Assembly (NCBI GenBank): GCA_021513715.1
Contig: CP084167.1
Span: forward strand, 1-64,000
Source of the DNA: Candidatus Heimdallarchaeum endolithica
GTDB lineage: Archaea; Asgardarchaeota; Heimdallarchaeia; Heimdallarchaeales; Heimdallarchaeaceae
Reading direction: 5' to 3'
DNA: 64,000 nt
Part shown: piece after piece, positions 18,082-25,958 of the stretch
Layout: each line of letters begins with the position of its first letter
Numbering within the stretch: the stretch's first letter is position 1
Program-made: the position numbers and the translations under genes
Notes under the pieces: generated by a model
What the model was told of the DNA's origin: nothing
The model's input: only the letters and a program-made list of their open reading frames with translations
Database searches by the model: none

Positions 18082-18720
18082 ATGGAAATTAAACATTATT
18101 TATCAAAAAATTTTACTAATAAAGATTTCCCTAGTGAATACTCTAAATGGTCATTGGATGATAAAATTAAGTTATTTATAGATAGAGTCAAATATTGGCA
18201 GTTAGATATTGCGAATAAAGTAATTAACGGATTTGAAACAACAAAAGGACTAAAATTTACAGGAATACCAGATTCAGGTTTTGCAACATTAAATATCTTA
18301 TTTGTATATTTTGAGACGATTGGAAAATATGGCTATAGACCACTAGGTAAGCCAAAGGAAAAGTTTATCGCAGGTTTTAAAGCAGTACATAACGACTTAA
18401 AGTGGAACTATGCAACTTCTGAAAATGAATTAGTCACAATAGCTAAAAAAGTCTATGAAAAGGTGAGATGTGGTGTTTATCATGTAGGTATGACAGAACA
18501 AGATATTAGTTTGACAAGTGAAACAAAGAACCCCTTCGAAATAATATGGAGTAAGGATAAAATTAAATACATTATAATAAATCCTCATGAATTAGCTAGG
18601 GATTTGTTAAAGCATTGTGATATTTATGAAAAGAGATTAAGAGATTCAAGTGAGGAAAAATTGAGAAAAAACTTCGAGAAAGGTTTTGATCTAGATAATG
18701 AACCTAAGATGGACACATAA
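18082..18720 (+). CDS. Putative HEPN-family RNase
   Basis: Helical protein with FETIG (E) and YEKVRCGVYH (Rx4H). Confidence 0.55.
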   Translation: MEIKHYLSKNFTNKDFPSEYSKWSLDDKIKLFIDRVKYWQLDIANKVINGFETTKGLKFTGIPDSGFATLNILFVYFETIGKYGYRPLGKPKEKFIAGFKAVHNDLKWNYATSENELVTIAKKVYEKVRCGVYHVGMTEQDISLTSETKNPFEIIWSKDKIKYIIINPHELARDLLKHCDIYEKRLRDSSEEKLRKNFEKGFDLDNEPKMDT

Positions 18721-18934
18721 TAACTGTAATTTTACCCCTCTATTTTACCCTCTATTTATTGTGAAAAAGCATAAAATTACTCTGTCTTGTAGCTTAAAGA
18801 GTTCAATGGAAATAATCATTTTAAAGAGCATATGCCCACGGAAATAAAGAATTTAGTAATGATTATAATTTTTGTCTCGTTTTTTATAACTTTCAGATGA
18901 AAACGAAAATAATATAAAAAATTTATAAAACCAC

Positions 18935-18947
18935 CGAAAGGTTTAAA
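18935..18947 (+). promoter_or_regulatory. Archaeal BRE-TATA promoter (CGAAAG-G-TTTAAA) for the MTase
   Basis: The same CGAAAG+TATA layout occurs at 24142 and 31473. Confidence 0.5.
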
Positions 18948-18983
18948 GCTCGGCTCATCTAAGTATAACTAAGGAGCTGGAAA

Positions 18984-19961
18984 GTGATTATTTTGGCAAG
19001 TAGTATTGAGAACCAACCGATATCTAAAAAGACAAAAGGGAAAAGAAAATATATTCCAGGATTGGCAGCTTTTAAATTTAAACCTACAGATGATTGGACA
19101 GACTATCAAGCAAAAGAATTATACAAAAAAAAGGAAAGGAAAGGTCTTAATACTATATTTTATGAAGATTGTATTAATGGAATGGAAAAACTACCTGCTG
19201 AATCTGTTGACCTTATAATTGCTGACCCACCTTTTGGAATAGAATTTGATTCTATGGAAGAATTATATAATCGTGATTCAGATTTTGTAATTAACAATTA
19301 TCATGAAGTTGATAAAGAGGAATATGATCTATTTACTGAAAAATGGATTAGTAAGTTACCTAAAATAATGAAAGATACATCTTCCGCTTATATTTTTAGT
19401 GGTTGGAACAATTTAGAATTTGTGCTAGCAGCAGCTAGAAGAGCAGGTCTTACTTTGATAAACCATCTAATTTGGACCTATTCTTTTGGTGTCTTTACTA
19501 TGCGAAAATATGTTTCAAGTCACTATCATATCTTATTTTATGTTAAAGATCCAGATAAATACTATTTTAATAAAATCATACATTACCCATTAGATTCAAT
19601 TGAAATGAAAAGAAATTATAAGAGAGGAAAAAAGAAAAACTCTACAACACTTCCTAAAGAATTGGTAAAAAAACTAATGGATTTTAGTTCACGTCCAGGA
19701 GATATTGTTTTGGATCCTTTCATGGGTAACGGAACAACAGCAGTCGTTGCAAAAGGGAATTATAGACATTATCTAGGCTTTGAAATTAATGAAAGATTAA
19801 AATCTGTTATTAATAAAAACTTGGATGATATGAAAATAGGGGCGCTTTACCAACCATATATTACTCTAAAACCCTCTCTGCAAGAGTTAGCCAAAAAATA
19901 CCCTAAGGCTTATAAAGTTATAAAAGAAGAAGGAAACCCAAAGAAATATTGGGAGATCTAA
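18984..19961 (+). CDS. N6A/N4C DNA methyltransferase (beta class)
   Basis: Catalytic DPPF precedes SAM-binding VLDPFMGNGTT. Confidence 0.92.
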   Translation: MIILASSIENQPISKKTKGKRKYIPGLAAFKFKPTDDWTDYQAKELYKKKERKGLNTIFYEDCINGMEKLPAESVDLIIADPPFGIEFDSMEELYNRDSDFVINNYHEVDKEEYDLFTEKWISKLPKIMKDTSSAYIFSGWNNLEFVLAAARRAGLTLINHLIWTYSFGVFTMRKYVSSHYHILFYVKDPDKYYFNKIIHYPLDSIEMKRNYKRGKKKNSTTLPKELVKKLMDFSSRPGDIVLDPFMGNGTTAVVAKGNYRHYLGFEINERLKSVINKNLDDMKIGALYQPYITLKPSLQELAKKYPKAYKVIKEEGNPKKYWEI

Positions 19962-19964
19962 TGA

Positions 19965-20726
19965 ATGAATCCAAAAGAAGAAGCAAAAAAGATTGTGGAT
20001 TTAATTTTTGAAGAGTTAGGTACTGCAGGTATTACTCGAGGTCCTGTACCCTATGTCGATGGTAGATATGCTATTCAAGAAATGAAAGAAAAAGAATTAC
20101 CATCATGGAAAGAAAATGAATGGCAAGGCTATTATTTGAAACATTTAGTGCGGGAACTTTGTGATGAAAAGTGTCCAGGAATAGAATCCTATACCGAAGG
20201 AAAAAACTACTTGGTAAAAGGAGAATATCTGTGGGATGTTAGAAATAAAACAGCAGATGAAGAAATTCCAACAATACTATTTAGTAATCAAGTAATGAAT
20301 AAACTCTTGGATGAATTTGGAGGAATAGGAGTTATAATTGCTGATTCTGTAGCTTACTCTGATGAAAATGGTGATTTTAGAAGGTGGCACGAGGAATTAA
20401 AAGGAGGAGAATCAGAATACACCAAGAAAAGAAAAGCTGAAGGACGGCCACCAAGAAAAATGAAAACGGCTTTCGTGATAATTAAAGTAGGTGCATATTA
20501 TTTTACTGAAGATGATTTTAAAAAAGGAGTAGCTCAAGGATGGTTAGATCGTAGTTTTCAACGAAATATGCGACAATTTAATGGAAGTTCAAGAGGGGGA
20601 AAATGTGTTGTAGATTTTACTAAAGTACCAAAAAAGAATCTTCTATTTATTCGTAATTTTAACTATGACCGAGATGATTTTGCAGCAATATATGGAAATC
20701 CTGATATCTATGAACCAGAAGAATAA
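19965..20726 (+). CDS. Putative cognate type II restriction endonuclease
   Basis: Directly downstream of the MTase; EWQGYY...WDVRNK...FRRWHEELKGG pattern. Confidence 0.55.
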   Translation: MNPKEEAKKIVDLIFEELGTAGITRGPVPYVDGRYAIQEMKEKELPSWKENEWQGYYLKHLVRELCDEKCPGIESYTEGKNYLVKGEYLWDVRNKTADEEIPTILFSNQVMNKLLDEFGGIGVIIADSVAYSDENGDFRRWHEELKGGESEYTKKRKAEGRPPRKMKTAFVIIKVGAYYFTEDDFKKGVAQGWLDRSFQRNMRQFNGSSRGGKCVVDFTKVPKKNLLFIRNFNYDRDDFAAIYGNPDIYEPEE

Positions 20727-20757
20727 CTACTTTTTAAAAAGCATCTCGTCTTTTTTA

Positions 20758-21747
20758 TTAAAACCACTCTTTTAGTTTTTCTTCAAATTGTTTAGTAAAT
20801 CTTTTTGTTATTTCATCTTTAGTATCAAACGTTTTAAAGACAACATCACTAAAATCGCTAAATAATTCATTCAAGAATAGATGCACATTTTTTCCTGTAA
20901 AGTCTTTATCAATAATTATTAAGCTCCCACTTGTGACTCTTACTGTTTGTTTCATGCGGTCAAATAATAAAGCAGAGATACTGCGTTTTTTTTCATCATG
21001 AGTTCTAATAGGCGTTTTATCAATGATTGTTGGTATAAAATCTGGTCGTAAGTAGGATATATATTGATACATCTGCAAGATCTTTTCACGATTTTTTTGT
21101 ATCCAATCTAATTGTTCAGTTCTTTTTCGTAATCTTGAAACATACAATAGGAATTGCTTGAAAAACTCGTAACGACTACTAAAACGGAAATAGAAAGCTT
21201 TATGGAAAAATTTTACACATTCATGGTCTTGTCCAATAAAAAGATTAAATATTTTAGTTTGATGGGGCTTTAATTGACTATAAAAGTTATCAAGTATTTT
21301 CAACAATCTTAGTTGATCTATGTTTTCTTTGCCTTTAAGATAATCATGTAGATTCTTTCCCATATATGTGAAAGTTTCTAAATAGATATTAGGCATATCA
21401 TTGATAATCTCATCTCCTGAAAACATCAAATATGCTGGAATATCCAAAGAGTTATGTTCTAAATGAACATAACCTGGAACTTCAATTGAATGAACAAAAG
21501 TATTCCAACGCTGATCAATTGTTTCATGATTAAGGATATCACGAACATCAATATCTTCTAAACTAGTTGTTGTTTTAATTATTGTACCAAGCTTAGGTAA
21601 AGGATAACCTCTCCAGACATTAATAGTTCCTTTAAATTTGAAAAAATCATTTTGACTTAATGCTCTATAGAATTGCTTAAAAATGGGCAATCCTTGCCAA
21701 ACACGATTATTCTTACTTTTTTCTTTTATTTCGATATATATGCCCAT
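20758..21747 (-). CDS. Hypothetical protein (second gene of a two-gene unit)
   Basis: 329-aa ORF starting 2 nt after the upstream stop. Confidence 0.7.
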   Translation of the reverse strand: MGIYIEIKEKSKNNRVWQGLPIFKQFYRALSQNDFFKFKGTINVWRGYPLPKLGTIIKTTTSLEDIDVRDILNHETIDQRWNTFVHSIEVPGYVHLEHNSLDIPAYLMFSGDEIINDMPNIYLETFTYMGKNLHDYLKGKENIDQLRLLKILDNFYSQLKPHQTKIFNLFIGQDHECVKFFHKAFYFRFSSRYEFFKQFLLYVSRLRKRTEQLDWIQKNREKILQMYQYISYLRPDFIPTIIDKTPIRTHDEKKRSISALLFDRMKQTVRVTSGSLIIIDKDFTGKNVHLFLNELFSDFSDVVFKTFDTKDEITKRFTKQFEEKLKEWF

Positions 21748-21749
21748 TC

Positions 21750-22241
21750 TTATCTATCCTTCAGATTTTTTTCTACTTGAATAATTTTTCTAGTTAGTGT
21801 TTCTAGTTTATTACCATAATAACCTACAAAAACATAACTATTACTCTTACTACCTATAAGAAAAGGCTTCTTTGTAGGTTTATAGATAAGTATCCAGTTG
21901 TTATCTCTTTGGAAGTTTTTACTTGCTAAACGCTCTACTAAAAGAAAAGCCCGTTTGACAATACTACCTCTAGATTCAATAAGACTAGCCATAGCTTCTA
22001 ATTGTCTGATCCCTTTATCTATTCCTTGAGTAGTCTCTTCGATAATCACCCAAGGACAGCTATTATAATGTGCTCCACCATCAACACAAATATGATTATT
22101 ATTCAAATTAAAAAATTCCCTTAAACGTTTTTCAGAATGGAAAACTTCTGAATGATTAAATTTAATAGATTCATAGCACGTTAATACCGCTCCCACGCCG
22201 CCCTTTCTTAATTTAACAACTTTTTTTCCTTTTTTTCCCAC
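21750..22241 (-). CDS. Putative PD-(D/E)XK-like nuclease
   Basis: CVDGG...VIIEE...IDKGIRQLE; GGAGG SD and GTG start. Confidence 0.45.
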   Translation of the reverse strand: MGKKGKKVVKLRKGGVGAVLTCYESIKFNHSEVFHSEKRLREFFNLNNNHICVDGGAHYNSCPWVIIEETTQGIDKGIRQLEAMASLIESRGSIVKRAFLLVERLASKNFQRDNNWILIYKPTKKPFLIGSKSNSYVFVGYYGNKLETLTRKIIQVEKNLKDR

Positions 22242-22365
22242 AGCAAGCCTCCTCCATTTATCATTCCTTCCTACTGTTTTTCAAATCCCTCTTCTGTTTG
22301 AATAGAAGGATTTAATTATTCTTTTTTCTTTAATTATCATGGGTGCGCACCCTCATTCCTTCCTG

Positions 22366-23235
22366 TTATTTTTTGACATATTTTAAACTCTCCTCAAAGT
22401 TTTGTATTATGTACTTAATAATTTTCAGCGTATGAGGATAGAAGAACTGTTTGCTTTTTTTCTCAGCAATTCTTGAAAAAACAACATCATTAATTTGTTT
22501 AATCAATCGTGTTGGATTGGTATTTAGATTTGAAATTCCATTGTGTCTTGCAAGTTCAAGAAGGAAAGGTTGTTCCAACTTCCTAAGAACTTTTGAGGGA
22601 TTCTTTTCCCATAGTTCCAAAAATAGTTCGTAATTTTTGTCATTGTTGTCTCCAGGAGTGACTTTTAAGGATACCAAAGCGTTTTCAAGTTGGTTGGTTT
22701 TTGTTTTCTTTAGAGGACTAAAGGCTTTGTTAATAATCTCCTTGATTGCTTTCTGCTTTGAATATTTAGCAAGGTATAAGTCATATTCTTTAACAAGAAA
22801 TTCCCACAAATTTGGCTTAGTATTATATGAGATATAAACAAAATCACCGTAGTCAAAGGGAAGTTTTCTCTTAACTTTACGACTGTTTTTCAAAATAAAG
22901 ATTTTCTTACCAAGAGCGGTCATTAAACCAATTTCAAAAGACACATTCTCGTTTGGCTTAGGAGGTAAAATAATAATGCCAAAATCACATAAAAAAGAAA
23001 AATTCAAGATTTGCTCAAGCCTGGTGTCACCAATACGTTCATCTTTTGGCTCTAACCACGCTATCCTATATTCGTCACAGAAAGATTTGATAGATTGTAA
23101 GGTGTAAGTGTCTTGATCCTCACTCGCATATGAACGGATAATAAAGGCTATATCCCTCTTTCCAGAAGCGTAAATCTTTTTTCTTTTTTCTATTATACTT
23201 GAGTAAGATAAACTATTTAGTTGATACATTACCAT
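22366..23235 (-). CDS. TIR-like / nucleoside 2-deoxyribosyltransferase-fold protein (putative defence effector)
   Basis: AFIIRSY...CDFGIIIL..PNENVSFEIGLMTALGK...LPFD. Confidence 0.7.
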   Translation of the reverse strand: MVMYQLNSLSYSSIIEKRKKIYASGKRDIAFIIRSYASEDQDTYTLQSIKSFCDEYRIAWLEPKDERIGDTRLEQILNFSFLCDFGIIILPPKPNENVSFEIGLMTALGKKIFILKNSRKVKRKLPFDYGDFVYISYNTKPNLWEFLVKEYDLYLAKYSKQKAIKEIINKAFSPLKKTKTNQLENALVSLKVTPGDNNDKNYELFLELWEKNPSKVLRKLEQPFLLELARHNGISNLNTNPTRLIKQINDVVFSRIAEKKSKQFFYPHTLKIIKYIIQNFEESLKYVKK

Positions 23236-23300
23236 TCCTTCCTTTCATTCCTTCCTTAAAGCAAAAAAATAAAATATCTAAACGGTTCTTTGTTTTGTTC

Positions 23301-23867
23301 TTATTCCTCCTCTTCTATTATCTTCTTCAGCCTATCACCTTTAATTAACAATATTCGCTGTTTTTTCTTAAATTTCTTCCCTTCTTTATAGTCATATCTA
23401 CAATTAATAGTTAATTTTATTTCTTTAATCGAGTTGACTTTAGTTTTAGAAACATAAACTATTTTTTGTTCTTTAACTTCATTTGGTGAAAGTGAGAAAT
23501 TTAATGATGATTCATCAGGTTCATATAATACTGCTTTTAACCTTTTCTTTGCATCATTGAATAAATCTAAATAAGGAATAAGTTTTACAGAGTTAGTTTG
23601 TGTTCCCCAATTTTTTATTGCAAAAGAAAACTCAAACATTGATTTTGTTTCATATTTATTCGATTGTTCTTCAATAGTTTCAGGACCAGATAAATTGAAT
23701 ACTGATGGAATGTATTTTCCAATATAGTTCACTTCAATTTCTGATATAATTATTTGACTTCTTTTTTTTGAACGTTTAACCTCAATTATTTTTAATATAA
23801 GCAAAGAAAAAGAAATAAAAAAAGCAAGTATTGTAATGATATCATTTAATATCTCAAAATTAACCAT
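23301..23867 (-). CDS. N-terminally anchored beta-sandwich protein (possible superinfection exclusion)
   Basis: N-terminal TM; FAIKNWG...LSPNEVKEQKIVY Ig-like pattern. Confidence 0.6.
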   Translation of the reverse strand: MVNFEILNDIITILAFFISFSLLILKIIEVKRSKKRSQIIISEIEVNYIGKYIPSVFNLSGPETIEEQSNKYETKSMFEFSFAIKNWGTQTNSVKLIPYLDLFNDAKKRLKAVLYEPDESSLNFSLSPNEVKEQKIVYVSKTKVNSIKEIKLTINCRYDYKEGKKFKKKQRILLIKGDRLKKIIEEEE

Positions 23868-24141
23868 TCAATTCACCATCCCGTTTCCTCATCTTCTATT
23901 CTCTTCCTTCCTTTTTTGCCATTATTTCCTCATATTTTTCTCTTATCAGTGTTCTAATTACCTCTGAGTTGTTTTCAAGCAAATAGTACTTTTTTACTTC
24001 CAAAAAAAGCTTAGCCAATCTTTTGGATAGTTTTATTCGTAATTCCGTTGGTGTCCCTTCGTTAGATTCCATGTCTATCCATGTCCATTTCTGTCTTATA
24101 AAATTGTTTAGACAACAGATGGAGCGAATTGGACAAATTGT

Positions 24142-24156
24142 CGAAAGTTTTTTATA
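24142..24156 (+). promoter_or_regulatory. BRE-TATA promoter of the rightward early operon
   Basis: CGAAAG-TTTTTTATA about 30 nt before ATG 24187, flanked by TTGT..ACAA operator-like sites. Confidence 0.6.
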
Positions 24157-24186
24157 GCCGTTTTGTTAGACAATATACGGATACAA

Positions 24187-24390
24187 ATGTCCTATGAAAT
24201 CCGCACTCGTTTCGAAAATGAATCCGCACGCAGGATGGTTGCGGAAGTCAAATCCTTCTATGGGCTACAAAATGATTCAGAATTAGTTCGCTTTTTGATT
24301 CATAAAGCCTATAGAGAGATAAAAGCGCAGCTCTCTGAAAAATCAGGGAGTCAAGAGAACAAGCAACAGGAGGTAGTTTGTTATGAATAA
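24187..24390 (+). CDS. Ribbon-helix-helix transcription regulator
   Basis: YEIRTRF...YGLQNDSELVRFLI. Confidence 0.65.
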   Translation: MSYEIRTRFENESARRMVAEVKSFYGLQNDSELVRFLIHKAYREIKAQLSEKSGSQENKQQEVVCYE

Positions 24391-24640
24391 CCAAAAAACC
24401 GCTCCTGAAAAAAAAGTTTCTCCTGCTGATATAAAAGAGCAGCTTCTTCTTAATGATCTTGCAAAAGAAATGAAAAAGTTATCCCTTAAAGGGTTAAGAG
24501 AGCTTATTTCTACTGCACGTGAGTTGAAGAAGTCTAAAGAGGAAGAACTACGTAAGAAGAAAGAATTAGAATTAGAAAAAGCTAAACGTCTTCTCAAAGC
24601 TGCAGGTTATACTGTTGAAAAAAAAGGGAGGAAAAGCTAA
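24383..24640 (+). CDS. Small basic coiled-coil protein
   Basis: GGAGGT SD; part of the coupled operon. Confidence 0.7.
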   Translation: MNNQKTAPEKKVSPADIKEQLLLNDLAKEMKKLSLKGLRELISTARELKKSKEEELRKKKELELEKAKRLLKAAGYTVEKKGRKS

Positions 24641-24933
24641 TGCATATCTACGCTGGTAACTCTCCTAAAACAATTAAGAAGAAGCTTATTAACGATTTTA
24701 AAGCTGATTTAAGTTGCGATAACAGGGTAACTCCTGAAGAAGCTGAAACCATTATCACTAAATTATCTAACCGCATGAGATTTGATAATTGTCCCTTACA
24801 TAAAAAAGCTGTTTTACCTAGTACTTGCCAATTTTGTAATTTTGGTCACATGTTACATTGTCACCATCCCTATACTTGTAGTGATCCCAAAGCTGGATGT
24901 AGTCATTATTTCCTGGAGGTAGAAGAATCGTGA
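24640..24933 (+). CDS. Cys/His-rich metal-binding protein
   Basis: CQFCNFGHMLHCHHPYTC...CSHY. Confidence 0.7.
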   Translation: MHIYAGNSPKTIKKKLINDFKADLSCDNRVTPEEAETIITKLSNRMRFDNCPLHKKAVLPSTCQFCNFGHMLHCHHPYTCSDPKAGCSHYFLEVEES

Positions 24934-25214
24934 GTGCATCTGTTATTGATAATCGCCAAACAATAAATCGTAAAGAAGCTTTTTGGCTTGGTCACATTTG
25001 TGATGTATGCAAAACTGTTAGAACACTTCAGACCTATTCTAGTAAATATATCTGTTCTCGCTGTCTTTCCCATCTACAAGACAAATATAGAAAATGGAAG
25101 AATGAAGTGTGTCTAAACTGTAAAAGATCTGATTGTTTTCTTTGTGTTATTCCTGAAACTCGTAATATTTCTTTTGCAGAGTGGCTAGATAGTTATTTAG
25201 AACTGGAGCGATGA
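24930..25214 (+). CDS. Zinc-finger protein
   Basis: CDVC, CSRC, CLNC and CFLC motifs. Confidence 0.7.
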   Translation: MSASVIDNRQTINRKEAFWLGHICDVCKTVRTLQTYSSKYICSRCLSHLQDKYRKWKNEVCLNCKRSDCFLCVIPETRNISFAEWLDSYLELER

Positions 25215-25453
25215 AAATGGAAGGTAAAGTTAAACTTAGTATTAACATCAGTTTTGAAGATGATGAAGTCGATTCTCTTAAGCGTAGTTATTCCAAATCA
25301 AGGGAATTTCATTATCAAGAAGATTTGTTCACAGAAATTCAGGAATTATATACAATTTTGAAAAAAAGGATTGAATCTGATCTTCCTGAAATAAAAAACA
25401 GACAGTCTAGTCTAGATCAGCATTTTTTAGTGGAAGGTGAAAAAATTGAGTAG
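25211..25453 (+). CDS. Hypothetical protein
   Basis: ATGA overlap with the upstream gene; GGAG SD. Confidence 0.6.
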   Translation: MKMEGKVKLSINISFEDDEVDSLKRSYSKSREFHYQEDLFTEIQELYTILKKRIESDLPEIKNRQSSLDQHFLVEGEKIE

Positions 25454-25958
25454 TTCGAAAATAGATAAATTTAGATCTGAAAGAGATTTTTTGAAAAAAG
25501 AGCTTTACGCTCTCAAGAAGGAAAATAGCTTATTGAAACAAGCTCTTGTACGTGATGATAAAAAGCGTCAGCGTAATAGGAGAGCTGAAGAGATCGAAAA
25601 ACAGCTTAAGAAAGCTGAGGTTAACGTTATTAGCATTGATAAACTAAAAGCACAATTTTACAGAAATCGTACTCTTGAAGATACTCTTGCTTTTCAAAAA
25701 AAACAAGTTCAGGAAGCTTATGACATATACACTCGTTTAGTTTCTAAAATGCAGAGGACAGAAAAAGAGCTCCAAGAAGCCGAACAACTTTGTCTGGAGC
25801 TTCTTTCTCTATATAAACAACGAAAGTTGCCTAAAAAACTTTTTCACGTTAAACAAGAAGATGCTGTTCGTTATGTTTATACTGAGTTTCAATGCTTAGA
25901 ACGAATAGCCAAAACAGCTTGGATAAAGTTTCTTAAACGAATAGGGAGGGGGAAATAA
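25437..25958 (+). CDS. Coiled-coil protein
   Basis: Heptad-rich; part of the coupled operon. Confidence 0.65.
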   Translation: MKKLSSSKIDKFRSERDFLKKELYALKKENSLLKQALVRDDKKRQRNRRAEEIEKQLKKAEVNVISIDKLKAQFYRNRTLEDTLAFQKKQVQEAYDIYTRLVSKMQRTEKELQEAEQLCLELLSLYKQRKLPKKLFHVKQEDAVRYVYTEFQCLERIAKTAWIKFLKRIGRGK

